64,000 nucleotides of DNA from Lingula anatina (Eukaryota > Animalia > Brachiopoda): positions 17,546,001 to 17,610,000 of the forward strand of contig CM120646.1 of NCBI GenBank assembly GCA_051362555.1, given 5' to 3'. The notes beneath the pieces were generated by a model that ran no database searches, was not told the DNA's origin, and saw only the letters and a list, made by a program, of their open reading frames with translations. Position 1 is the stretch's first letter. Each line of letters opens with the position of its first letter. Position numbers and translations under genes: made by a program. Of the stretch, positions 1 to 14,000 are shown in pieces.

Positions 1-655
1 CAACACAGAGAGGGACTATGTTTTCTTCATAAGTAGTTCTGACTGTACATATGAGGAGTATCTTTCTGAAGTTTCTGTGGAGGTCCAGAGTATTCCAGCA
101 TTGTAAGTAAACAGGGCACCTCAGCATTCCTGCTTGTAGTATGTTGTATAGCACATGGCATTTGTTTTTGTACTTTTAAAATATCTTCCTTATGAAATAA
201 GAGAAAAAGCCGTGTACATATTTCATGTTCTCGTGGTTCTGGCACTATGAACATATTCATGAAGTTCAACATTTCCCATGGTGCATTCAATATATAGTTC
301 CATGGTACCATCAAAACTAGACAACGTGAACACAATATTTTTATGGTTCGAAAAATATTACCTTGGTACATTCAATATAATTCGAGTGAGGTGCACTCAA
401 TATATCAAAATACTTGGCGATTACATCTTTTTTCAAATTAAAAAATAATATACCTGTTTATATATGTATAATGGACATAATTCAAAAACTTATAAACAGT
501 TTATTACTTATTATATTAAGTATTTTGTTTTTATATATTCATGAACATGCAGATTCTAATCTTATAATTTATTGTATTTTTATTTGTTCATGTTCCCTTT
601 ATCAATTTATTTCATTTATTGATTGATTTATTCCGACACTAACTTAGTTAGTCTC

Positions 656-693
<38 letters not shown>

Positions 694-3418
694 TAATAAT
701 AATATCTGTATCAGTGCCATAAAAGGAAGGGCAGTGCAGCATGACTTTCAGCCCAGAATGCAGATAGTGCCAGGGAACATAACGGCAAGTGATGTACTTA
801 ATTCAGTGGAGTGGGGGAATATCAGCACCCCTGGTCCTCTCCATATTGGGACACCTGTCTGTCTCTTGATACAAGGAAGTCAGATGGGAGGTTTGATATT
901 TTTCTGTCCTTTTGATATGTAAAACATCAGAGGAAAGGAAATGTTTGATATCTTGATTTAAGTTTGTTTTGTAATCTTTTCAGGAATAATTATTAAGACC
1001 CTATTAAGCCTCTACCAGGGTCTCAGATTGATTTTTCACCAGATACTGAAAGAATAAGTGGCTAACTCATGACACGCTCCTCTCCACGGGCTAAAGAAAA
1101 ATGCACATATTATTTTTCCGTTGTTCTGGTAGAGGGAAGCCATCATTCAACATTCATATCCATTTCTCAATATCTTCATTATATGGCTGATATCAATGAC
1201 CATGCAGTAGAGGACACACAAAAACATTTGGGTGCCATCATTCTATAGACCCCTTTTTGTCCCTGTTGATCAGTTTTATATATTCATTCCAACTGATTAC
1301 ATTTGATAATATGAAGATGGCTGTAGGGTGTTTGATCTATAATAAAGAATTCATTATTCTCTGTATAAATTTGCCAAAGGATTCCAAGCACTGAGGGTTC
1401 GTTCCTGCATTGTACAACCAAGCAACAATGACTCTTCTCTACAAATTTCTATGCTGTCAGATTAGTAAGTAGAGTACACAAATATGATGTTTTTATCCAG
1501 ACTTGAAATAAGACTTAATAAATGACCTGTAGTAATGTTGATTAAAAAATTTTGAAAAGTCAGTTGGCTCTATGTCAGAAGGTACAATTTTGAGTAACAA
1601 AAAATGATAAATCTCCAATTTAAAGTAAGACAAGTGAGAAATTTTAATTGATTACTGCACATTTTATAGCATGCCTTTATTTTTTAAAAATCAATTTCTG
1701 TAAAATATTACAGTTGTGGAACTGGCAGAGGAAAACCATCGCCAGAGAAATGGTCAGAGTTCAGTGGTTTTATTGGAGCCGCGGCCTCTCCTGGGGAGTT
1801 TTCTGCAGTGTCACCACCTTTCCAGCTGTTTTCATTCAGAGGTGGCAATACCAGTGTGTATTTTATGTGTACAGTGACATTCTGCCAGTCTGCCACCAAC
1901 AACCGCTGTTTTCATATGGTAATTATAATTGTTTATTAGCCCTTAATCGCATATATGAATTTTTTTCTCCTCAATTTTCATATTTTTATTGTAGATAACC
2001 TGTGCTGATTTAAACTGTTACATTTATTTATTTTTCTTTTAAACTGGATTTAAGGTATGTGTTTTGTACCAGAGTAAGGAATTTGATGCAATTTTGTAAT
2101 CATTTATTAAAAAATTCTCCACCTGTTTATTGTGACATTAAATTTCATATGTGTTGACCACAATTGTGATCAACTTGTCTGCACCCAGAGTTTCATATTG
2201 TCAGTACTATGTGACTTTGGGTGAGAACTATTGACCATAAATTTGTTGTAACATATATACTCTGGGAAGAGAAAGGTCATTGTCAGTACTTAGCCACTCT
2301 GAGTGAGACCTATAGAGACCATTAACTTATTCTACATATAGCATGTACTCTGTGCAGAGTAAGGTCATTGCCAGAACTCTGTAACATAGGGTTATAATAC
2401 CAGTAGGTATTATGTCAAAACAAACAATTTTACATGTGAATCATAATCATAATAGGAATCATATAATAGGATTTTTCTTTCAACTAGGGAGTAACTAATG
2501 GCAGCTACAGTCAGTGCAGTTTCAGAGAACCACACAGAAGACAGCAGCGGTCAAGTAGATTCCAGGCCACTGACCAGTCCATGGCCGTGGGGATGACCGT
2601 GCAGATCACCAGTGATGCCTCTGAATCAGGTGACAGAATGTTCTTCTTAGCTTTGTTCCTCAAAATGATTCAATAAAAAATCTGACCAGGGATACTTAAA
2701 GTGATAATAACTCTTCGTTTCGGCCAAAAAATGAATTTTCCTGGAGTAAACAACAATTTTCCCATACTTACCAAGGGTTAATGAATCCATTTTTACATTC
2801 AAAGTTAGTCCCTGGTTTTTTTCTAAAAAGTTTGGTTTTTTGTTAAAATCTCTTAAGAGATTTTAACAAAGTATAGCCATCAGTGGAGGTCACGTGGGCT
2901 AAAGACAAGCTCAGATATCAGAATAATAGCTATAACTGCCGTTTTTGTGGTAAAACAGAATATATTATATTTCTATGAGTTATTCACAATGTTTTTATTG
3001 TGAAATATAGATCTCATACGAAGAGTTATTATCCCTTTAATTTGACATAATTTGAAACACCTAAAAAGTGTAGATAATAGTTTGTTTTCCTTAAATATTT
3101 TATACAAGGGTGATATTAATGTGTTATTGTTTCCTTTCAACCATAGGTAAAACAGCAGCTGTCCTGGAACAGGGAAATGTCAGCAGCCAAAAGAAGTTTC
3201 TAGATATCATGATTTCTCTGTCATTCATAGGTACAGCCCTCCTGATTGCTGTAGTAATTTTATGCTGCATGCTTGCTTTTCAAAAGAAACGGCAAACCCA
3301 TGCAAGAAAAGCAAATCTTGTTATTGGAGCATGGAAGGAGTTGTATTTGCTGCACAGGTATTGGAGAAGTGATGATTCCATACCTGAAAGGCATATCACT
3401 TGGGCAAAGAATACTTAA
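1..3418 (+). CDS. ZP (zona pellucida)-domain single-pass membrane protein, 3' part; 5' end lies outside the window
   Basis: Phase-consistent GT-AG exons <1-102, 715-890, 1380-1464, 1714-1918, 2488-2629, 3147-3418. They join to ...GPLHIGTPVCLLIQG..GFQALRVRSCIVQP..MLSDYCGTG..PPFQLFSFRGGNTSVYFMCTVTFCQSATNNRC.., which follows the ZP-C pattern. Next come a furin-type site (RRQQR), a hydrophobic patch (MAVGMTVQIT), a TM helix (ISLSFIGTALLIAVVILCCMLAF) and a basic cytoplasmic tail. Confidence 0.8.
657..703. repeat. (AAT)n microsatellite
   Basis: About 15 AAT units directly visible in an intron. Confidence 0.95.
2700..3036. mobile_element. Non-autonomous DNA transposon (MITE), Kolobok-like
   Basis: TTAA flanks at 2696-2699 and 3037-3040. 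Terminal inverted repeats AG(T/G)GATAATAACTCTTCGT. Related partial copies at ~7770-7840, ~13150-13313, ~31466-31770 (reverse) and ~50606-50800. Confidence 0.7.
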
Positions 3419-5479
3419 AACCAGGCTTGTTCTTGCATCTCTGGGTCCACTTTGCACTTTGTTATATCTACATTGTACCACCTTCCTATTATAATTTCCA
3501 AATAATTAAAAAAATTTCAGGTTTTTGTTCAGCTTCAAAAAAACCAGGCTTCCAAATGGTGAATGTTGCTTTTCAGAAAAAGGTTACATTTCAGTTGGTG
3601 AAATGGATTTTTTTATCATTGCCCGTTGTGTCACTATCATAATTAAAAATTATGCTTTTTCTAGAGACAAAACAGTTTTATATCTATCAGTTTTTCTACC
3701 GGTCATGAGATCGAAGACCTGTTCAGGAAGAGATGAAATGCTTAGAGGCTTAGTCCCTTTAGAAATTTACTTCCTTATCAAAAGTAATGAAGTTTAGATG
3801 TTGTTGTTATGTTTAAACACCCTTGACTTGTGAAAATGCATATTTTTGTTGAGTTTAAGATTTGTTAATACAGATATTCCTTTACTCAGGAATTTATTTT
3901 TTCATGTTTTGGGAGATTTGTATGGCTAACCCATATTTGAAAGTTTTCATAGTTTAGGTTCATCTTAATCCCATCTTTTATAATCGAGTTTTCTATTGGA
4001 ACTCTTGACAATGATTGTTTTGCACTTGTTACATCTCCAGAATATTTTATGCACATAACAATTCTTTACAAAGAAAGGACCACATTGAAGACTTTACTAC
4101 TTCTTTTCATTTGTTTTTTTGTTTGTATTTAGTCATTGAATGAATTATGAAAAAGTGCATTAAGTATTATCTACTCAAAAAATGTCTTTGTTCTTCATCT
4201 TGCTAAGTGGAAAATTGCAAATAAATAAAGGAAGTTTTCGAATTATTAGCATTTTCCTCTCCCTGAAGAAGTATACATTGTCAAGTACAGCAAATGTTTC
4301 CGTAGCCAGTGTTTGACATAAATAAATAAATGATACTGAATGAACAAGTGCTTTAAGAAAGACTGAATTAAATACATAACATTTTGAATCAGATTTTTAT
4401 TTGAAGTACTCAAAATGGCAGTGTAACATACTGATAAAAATTTTGTGGAGATAGCCACTTTATTAACATTTTCTGGAAAATCTAATAAATGGGAATATGT
4501 TACACAACTGCACTTTAAATCAAAATAATTTGCTCCACATGTGCTACTTGAAATGTCAAATATTAACAATGTCAAAGATGATGACAAAGTCAGACTCGGT
4601 GTAAAATTCTTGGTATTTCAATGGCAAATTTTAATAAAGTAAACATATTGTGATTGTATGTCCCTGAATTTTAGACCCCATTTCCAGAGATAACATCGAT
4701 CTAACTCCCTGGGGGTTCACGTTAAATAGCTGTCAGCCGGGCAGACACGAAAGTTAATTACCCCCTTACAGCTTGTAGTAGGCGGGATGGACATTTAAGC
4801 CGGATTATCTGACAGTAATCTAGTGAGTCTCCCGCGGGGAATACAGCCTTAGTTCTGGTATTATATTGACTATTGATGTCATTACCAAATGTAATTCAAA
4901 GTATTTGTTCATTAAACTACCACTACTACTTTCAAATACCATACTAGTGAACTGGTTCATTTAAAAAAGTAAATATTTCTTAACTGATGGCTTTAACAAA
5001 CTGAACCCAGGTAGGACAGACTATTTGCCACACTAAGTGTTGGCCCACTTCACCTCTCTTACCACTGCAACATTTTAAACTACCTGTGAAATTCTTGAAT
5101 TATTCCTTCTGGTTGAACTAAAGAGAAAGGAAACAAATAACTGAAGCATTCTTTTCCATAGATGTTGACTGATATCATGGTGTGGGGATTGTTATGACAA
5201 CACTGCTTAACTGTGTCCATTATCTTCAGGCATGACACACAGAAGAGGGCTCTTTTCTTCCTTAAAACCAACAGCTTTTAGTGTATTCACAGAATACAAA
5301 TTCTCTAAGCTTAACAAAATGCTATTTTTCAGTAATTCAGAAACGGGTTCAGACATTAAAACATGTCAATGAAGACTGCATATGAGTCTTATAAAACGGG
5401 GAAATCATCTCAGTACGATTCATGCATTTCTTAACAACTCTAGTCTCATTTACTGTCCCACAATTTTACCATGCAAGCT

Positions 5480-6637
5480 CTAGACAGAACCAGGTAGTTC
5501 TGCTAAAGCAATTGCCATTTCTATAGATTCTGAGGAAACGACATCAGTACTGTTACCAGCCATGGGTGCCCCAACAGCCTCTCCGACAATCTGGCCTTGA
5601 GATTGACCTTGACCCTGACCTTCACCTATGTGCTCTTGCATATGGCTTTCCATTTCATTCCAGTTCATGAAGATGTTATTACAAATGGAACACATGTACA
5701 GTTCCTGTTCCTTGACCTCTGACCCCTCTGTCCCGTCCATGATTAGGAGCTGTTGGTCACCTTGACCTAAGGTCACTGCACCCTCCTGATGGTTTTCCAC
5801 ATGGACCTGTATGACATCCTGGCTATTACCAATCTAAAGAGATAGAATTAAGGAGAATTTATTAGCTGATTAAACTTTCAAGGCCCACCATGTTATATAT
5901 ATGTATGATGATGTGAATGGATGTTTTCCTTTGACTACCAGTCTGAAACAATTCTGTATGTAAAGAAAGCTATTTCCCACACTTGATCTGAGACTGCTAC
6001 AGCAGCTACAGTGTAGTGGGTTCACATGCTTTGAGTTCTGTGTTCAGGTAATTATATCATGATAGTAGGTACACACAAACTACCATACGTGCTCTAAGCT
6101 CTGTGTTCAGGTAGTTATAGTATAACACAGTAAGTACACACAAGCTACCTTCCTGCTCAGAGCTCTATGTTAGGCACTTATATCTTGGTAGCTACACACA
6201 AACAACTATATCTACTCATAGCGCTGTGTTAAGACACTGATATCTTAGATCTGATTGGGTACCTTACCTGTTCTGTGCCTCGTACAGCCATCCTCTTCTT
6301 CATTGGATAACCAGGACAACGATGTCTCCTTAAAGTTGACTTCTGTGTGAACACCTTGTGGCAAACTGAGCAATCGTGCTTGCCAATCCCTGTGTGAGTT
6401 ACCATATGGTAATTCAACTTTACCTAGATCCAATTAAAAGCACAGGTAATTTATACTAGTAGTCCATTAAAACTATTTCTGAACATAATTCTAATTAAAA
6501 TTCATTCCAAGCCAATAGTGCTACCTGATCGAAAAAATTATGATGAAAAAAAATTCCATTACAACAGCTTCATAAACATGATTGTACAAACACAATATTG
6601 TATGTCAATTCATAAATATTCATCAGTACAGGCAAGG

Positions 6638-6668
<31 letters not shown>

Positions 6669-9600
6669 CAGAGTTACTGTAAAATGCATCATCATATGGC
6701 ACAGTCTGAGCTACAGTGGGGATTTTCCAAACTCCATCACCCACACAAAAAGATTTCTTTGCACTCTTACCAGCAAATACCTTAAAAGTGCCTGGCTGTT
6801 TAACAAAAGCCTCATACCCATCCTACTTACAGCCAGGTCCTAACACCTTGGCAATGACATGTCCATTCAATTATACACTGAATATTCTCAACATAAAATT
6901 GCATACCTTAGTTTTGAAGGCCTTGGGGCATACTTCACACTTGAATGGCTTATCGTTCTGATGTGTAAGCAGGTGGTTGCGTAGAGTGAGCCGCAGGGCG
7001 TAGGCTTGACCGCAGTGAGGACACACGTGAGGCTTCTCCCCCGTGTGGATATTCTTGTGATCACGCACATAGAAAGCATTTGCAAATCTTTTGCCGCAGA
7101 TGTCACATTCATATTTCAGCACCTATTTGAGATAAATAAAAATTATAGAATTTTCTGTGACTATTTTTATTTCATTTCATAACAGGAACTCATTATAATA
7201 CAAAACTCTATCTTTTCAAAGGGGAAAATTATTATCCTCCCCAATAAATAATTTTGGAATGATAAAAAAAAATTCTACGTAGCATTTGTGGTGCTTTTAC
7301 TTTTTGAATGTAACTACAAGGTAGCCTACTTTCCCATGTTGCTGCTACTCAATAGGAACATCTTCTATTGTTAAGAATATATATGCTTTACAGCCTCTTT
7401 AAATTCAAAATCTTCCCCCATTCAAAAATCCAGGCACTACCATATATACAGCACGGTACCACCCATGTATGTGGATAAATCGGGACAACCATTGTCTCTA
7501 TCAAAAGTTCAAGACTTACCCTGACAGAAGCATCCTGATGTGTCTCCATGTGCTCACGCATGCGAACCTTCTCCATGAACCGTTTTCCACAGATAGGACA
7601 CGCGTGGTTTTTAATCCCTAGATGGCGCTTCAGGTGGGCTTGGAGGTAACGCCGAGAAGCAAACTCTTTGCCACACAGATCACACACACAACAATTATCC
7701 TTCTGATGAACAACTGAGATGTGTTCCTGAAAAAAAATATTCCAAATATGAGAAGCTAAGAACTGTATTATTTGTATGAGTTGTTTATGATGTATTTATT
7801 GTGAAATACAGATCTCATACAAAGAGTTGTAATTCCTTTAAGAACATTCAACTAAAGATCTGTATCAAACAGTCACCCAGAGAAACCCTTACCTTCAGAT
7901 CTGAATCAAAGCCAAACTCCTTGCCACATATGTTACAGAGATGTTTCTCTGTGGGGTGTTTGCGTCCAATGTGCGCCCTGAGGTTCCCTATGTTATTACT
8001 GGAATACTGACACTGGGTACACTGGTAGTGTCTGGTCACTGTCTTCCCTTTCTCATAGTGGTCCAACAGGGTATGGTAGAACAGAATCTTATCTACATTG
8101 GTGGTAAAAGTGCATCTGGGACACTGCATGCTTCCCGGGGGTTCCTCCGCAGACTTCTTGATGTCAAACTCTGGATGGTCCTGGTGAATGGTCTGTAGGT
8201 GGCGCTTTAGGTCATACTCGGATGTTCCTATCCTTCCACAGAACAGGCACTTGTAAGCATCCTCATGCTCACTGCGCACATGTTTATGCATGTCTGCAAC
8301 CTCTCCGGTCTCATACGAGCACAGACCACATAGGTAGCGTCGGTTGGTCTTGCTGGAGCTATCATCTATGGGGTCATAGTCCGGGTCATCTCCCTCACCA
8401 TTGAGGTCGTCGAGGTCACTCTCGTCGCCACTATCTGAGTCAGGTTCATCTGCTGGTTTTTCTACTGGTGCTTCAGTTTCTACAGTCAGCCCTGCCATCT
8501 GAGACAAAATATATTAAATGATAATTTGTGAAAATTTTAACTGCTTTAAAAATGTATAAAAGCTACAATTAATCATTCATATCATCTCTGCTATGCCTAA
8601 AAATTCTTAAGTTAGTTCAGTGACATTTTTTTTGTGAGAAAAATTATTTGAAAAGAATTTGAACACAGTAGAGTTTGTAATTGTCATGAAATACCTTAAA
8701 CACTACCCTCTGTTAAGCAACATGCAAATATGTTGAAAAATACAATAGAGATTTGAGTTCATGTACAATTTCTTTTAAGAAATTAATGCACATACAACTT
8801 TCAATTTTTCAGTAGCTTTATTCATGGCTTCCCATGATCCTTGAATGACATTTTGCCCATCCTCCATAATGGCACACAAGATTCCTGTCTCAGCTGTCAG
8901 AGTCTGCAAAACCTCTTTCTGGTCCATGCCAACAGCAGCAAACAACTTGTTGGAAACAATGGCAGTTACAGAGACAAAGATCTGGAAAACAAGACGAGAC
9001 TCAAGTAGTTCCCCAAATTCAGTGAAAATCCACACAATGTGAATGTGACAACAAAATAAGAACATATGTGAGGCATGTGCAATTTGTGAAGATCAATCAT
9101 AAAAATAAATTGCAGTGATAAATTGTCTATTAAGTAATTCAAACTTGTAGTTTATAAAATTATTTAAATCTCCCTTGGTCCATTTCAGACATATCACTAA
9201 TATACTAACTGTACAAAAGTGAAATAAAAAGGCACCACTCCCTTCTTCCTATCCAGATTATTACAACAATTTTTCAAATGCACAGTTACTTGTTCTAGGG
9301 CAATAACTTACATCTGCTTCTGTCAGTGGAGCATCTTTCTCTTCTTCTGGTTTGTTTGTGGATTCCTTCTCCTTGCTGGTTGCAGAGGCAGCAGGTACAG
9401 CTGTAAGAACATAGAACCATATGGTATACAATGGGGAAAGTTGGGCACTAACGATAATCGACTTTGGGACTGGAAGGTGAACATTTCTGACTAAAAAAAC
9501 CCTTCAGGGCACAGTCAGCCATGGGCGGGTATTGAAATATTTTTCATTGCTTTTTTGTCATTATTTTTGTCATTATTATCATTAGTATCATGCTTTTTCT

Positions 9601-11026
9601 GGAAGTTGGATGTGGGGACAAAAAAAAAGGTTAAGAAACAAAACAGTGCCCATTTCACAGCTCCCGATGAATTCCTCTATTGATGAACATTATTATACAA
9701 TCAAGCAATCCAATGTGCATAAAGAAGAAAACAGCATCATCAATCAACTTGCACATAAAACACGAATGATAACAAATGGTAACCAACTAATCAGCTGATA
9801 AAACATCCATTGGTGAGCACAAAATATTAAATAATATCTAAAATTATACCTCTAACCAGTAAATACATCTGTTTAAATGTGCTTTAACGAAAAAATATAC
9901 AATTTAATTAAACTACTCACGTGGTTTGTAAGAAAATGTGGGGTCGTGGATCTTCATGTGGTCTACAACTAGATGTCGCCGGCGGAACAAGTCGCCACAC
10001 TCTGGACAGTGATAGTGTGAGGTGGTGGTACCCTGCTTACACTTCATACGACACAGGGTGAGATACACACCTTAAAAATGCAAATTATACATTTGGAAAA
10101 AATAATCTTCTATTCTCGAGCTTGATAAGTAGAACATGGGCAGATTTTTCATTTCCATCATTCTTTCTGTCTTCCATCTTTCCTTAATTTTTGTTTCCTT
10201 TGTCATATTTATTTATTCCTTTCTTTTTTTTTTTTTTGCAAGTCAGTTAGGAAGTATTCGTGCTTAAAATCTGCACAATTCAGAACTACATATTGTTTTA
10301 CATATTAATTGTACGCAATTCAGAACTACATATTGTTTTACATATTAATTGTAAGTATGTATATATCATTTTAAGCATCAGATTAGCTAATGTTCACTCA
10401 AAAACTTCACATGAAAGGTGTTGAATAATTTTTTGTAGCATCTTTTTATCAGATCCTGGTACTAAGAAGTGTCACATAATTAGTTTTTCCACACAATACA
10501 ATTATCTTGTGTGAGTGATTTTTTCCATGGGATACATTTGATTCATTTGGCCAGTAAAATTAACTGCCACTGACAAATCTTTCCTGAGAGCACTAAATAA
10601 TCTTTCCCCCGGTACCACTTTTAGGGTATTTCTTTGCTGGCTTAAACATTTAAATACACTCAAAAGCAATGTTTGCAAATGTAATCAGAAAATATTGACA
10701 AAAAAATATGCTTAATTTTAAGAAATAAAACAATGTGAACATTTGCCATGGTTTCATCTTACCTTTATATGGTACAGAGTGGTTAATGTGATTTTCCCCA
10801 TGGTTCAGAAGATGTGAGGCAGACTGGGGCGGCTTGAAGTACTTCACTGGACACAATGGACAGTGGAAGCCTGACAGACATATTGGAGTTAGACTTACGG
10901 CTGGCAGATTAGGCCATGCTCTATTCCATGTTAAGCTAGGCGACTCATGCTTTTTATTACTATGTACACTTGGTAAAATTTAGATAATTTCCTGGGTTAA
11001 GTCAGCATGATTTTGAGAGAAAGAGA

Positions 11027-11061
<35 letters not shown>

Positions 11062-14000
11062 CGTGCGTGTGTGTTTGATAAATAAACTAAATTAGTGCAT
11101 AGCTAAATAATTATATATATTTAATTAAATAAATAAATAAAAAGGAACTTTCCCTTCATAACTTTTTTAAATTATATTAAACTATCTTCTGATCAGTTCT
11201 GATCATTCTGATTACTTGACTGTAATCTATTTTGTTAAAGTGAATACAAAAATGTCCAAAGTCACAATGAGTGGTTGATATCTGTACTCACCTCTGCAGT
11301 GACACTGGGTTCTCTTACACCTCTCAGTCAGAAGGTCATAGGCCGAGGCAATCGTGGCACGGTTCTGCACCGGGAAGGAATCCAGTGTCTCCCTCTGCTG
11401 GGGAGTTGTCTCCAGATGCTGACGTGACTTGCGAGGGACACCAGCAACCGAGTCTGAAATGTCCAAATATATAGGGAAAAAACTGACTTTTATAGTTATT
11501 TAATGTCATTTGTACCAGGCGTGACAGATCATTACATTTAACACTATGCAAGGTATAACTCCATGCACTGAGAAACAGCAATCATAAACAACAACACACA
11601 CCAAATGATCCCGTATTCCATGCACCCTTTTACCTCGTGTCCGCACAGTCCCCAGTTTATGTGCTTTGAGATGAGCTCTCAGCCGCACCCCTTTGGCCTG
11701 TATTGACCCACAGAGTGGACAGTGGTAGTGACCAACAGATTTGGTCTTTAGCTTTGGAAGGCAGCTCTTTAGCTTACACAGACAGATCTTTATGCCTAAG
11801 AAAGGTAACATAACACTGATCAATTACTTCAAATGATTCAATGGGTGGCAACAAATGTCTGCAAATTCTGATGGAAATTTACCTGTAAAATAGTTGATAA
11901 TGCTTATAAATATAAGATAAAACTTTTTCACTTTCTACATTATATTTTCACACATATGGCCCGGGACAGCACTATTACTGAGACATCAGACTCAGTCTCA
12001 TAGAAACAAACACAATAGAAGGTATGGGAGTGACCAAAAGCCTTGTGAGGTACAGCTTCATTTAAGTGCAGAAAGTCGCATAAGTGAAAAATTTAAACTT
12101 ATAAGCAAATGTTTTGAAATACCCTGTATGCACTTAAGGGAAAGTGTAGGGGGATACCAGATAATGAACCATGTTAACTCAAAAGTAGTACCTCTGAAGG
12201 TGACAGCTGCTGCTACATGAGACTCTATGTGAGTGACCAGTGCAGAGTGCAGCTTGACCTTGGCTGGACACACTGGACAATGGAATAGCTTCCCATGGCA
12301 GCTTGGACAAGCACGTTTATTACATCTGCAAAACATGTCAATATAAATATAATGGTCAACTAGGGGTGCAGACAAGGCTTTTTCCATTGATCTGTTCAGA
12401 GATTACCGATTCACATTTTGAACTCTGTTTATTCCAAATCCTGGGGAAACTTATGGAAACTGATTCATAGAAAATAAAGGACATTGACATAGCTGACCAA
12501 TAAAGTTTGGATAATAAGAGGTAAAATAAGTCAAAGGTTGGGTAGCCTTATCTATAACAACAAATATATATAACCTGTTAACATTACAAGACTGGGACCC
12601 AGACAGGCCATGCATCTTAAAGCTGTGTACAATGTAACATTACAAATGAGTCAAAATTAAACAATAACTTAGAAGACAAAGTAAATGACTAAAAATTAAA
12701 TACCAAAATATTATCATATAATACAAACAATACACTCACCTATGACACTGTCGCAGCATGTCATCCACATCAGTCACCAGGGAGATATGGGGGTGGCTTA
12801 TAGCATCATGGCCGGTCTGAATATTTGGCCCTGCCCCCTCTGAGGTGGCTTCAATAACAGCCTTGCTTCCCTGGTCACTCCCATCTTGACCCCTGTCAGC
12901 TGCTAATGACTGGACTGTGTTGTCCAGGGTCTGGACAGTGCTGTACTCCATGGAAGGAGGTTCTTCTCCTTCATCCTCCTCATCTGTATATATTACAGCA
13001 TTAAAAATTACTCTTTTATCCTTTTTTTTCTTCCTTTTTTAGAAACTTATTTTTTATTAATCCAATCATCTAATTTATTTATTTATGTTTTCAAAAATTT
13101 TTTAAACTTTGAAGAAAATTTTTGAGCAGGAAAGTGGTTGGGTTTGATGGGGTAGCCATATATGAAGTTCTTGTGGTCAGATGACAGGATTCCAGAATAA
13201 TTGTAATAACTGGTATTTTGGTGGTAAAATAGACTCTACTATATTTCTATCAGTTGTTTACAATGTATTTATTCTGAAATATGAATCTCATACAAATACT
13301 TGTTACCCTTTTTAATACGGCGTGAACCCACAAATAAAGTCATGAAAATCTAATATCTACATCACTTACCGGGAAGGTGGCTGTTCTCAGGTAACTTATC
13401 ATCTTGGGGATGTTCTGTGACCTTTGAAAGGTCAGAGGTGACTGGAAGGTCACAGTGTACAAGCATATGAGCGACAAGGTTCTTCTTCTTGACCACAGTC
13501 TGGCCACAATGTGGACAGTGAAAATGGGCCGCACTCTTGTGGGATGAACACCCTTGTTTACAAACTACCAAATATGCATCTGAAATTGGCAGTTATGAGA
13601 AGTTTTTAAAAACTTAAGTGTTAATATTTTAATGGGAAAAAATCAAATAAGTTATAAATATAAATACTAAAAGTATGACCCATGAAAACAAATTTTTCCA
13701 ATGAATATATATATAAATCCATAACATCATAAAATTAACTTAAAATACATTGGAACATATTTTTGACATACATGTAATTACAATGTATGTAAATAAAAAT
13801 CTCATCCTGTTTAACAGCTTAGGATGAACGTTTCCCTGTAAAGCCGTCCAGCCTGTACTGAGCTAATTTTGGATGGTCACTGGCCTATAAAGAAGGCCTA
13901 TATTTTCAAAGACAGCTCAGTGGCTTATGAAAAATTTTGGAACATAATAATGGGTTTGGGACTTGATTTGCTTGGGTTGGACCCTGTAAATTGGTGATGA

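Noticed and set aside
27-626. ORFs 27-371 (-) and 414-626 (+)
   Set aside because: Antisense to a ZP exon or within AT-rich intron sequence; no recognisable protein features.
1648-1998. 116-aa plus-strand ORF and overlapping 64-aa minus-strand ORF
   Set aside because: Both are off-frame or antisense readings of the ZP exon 1714-1918.
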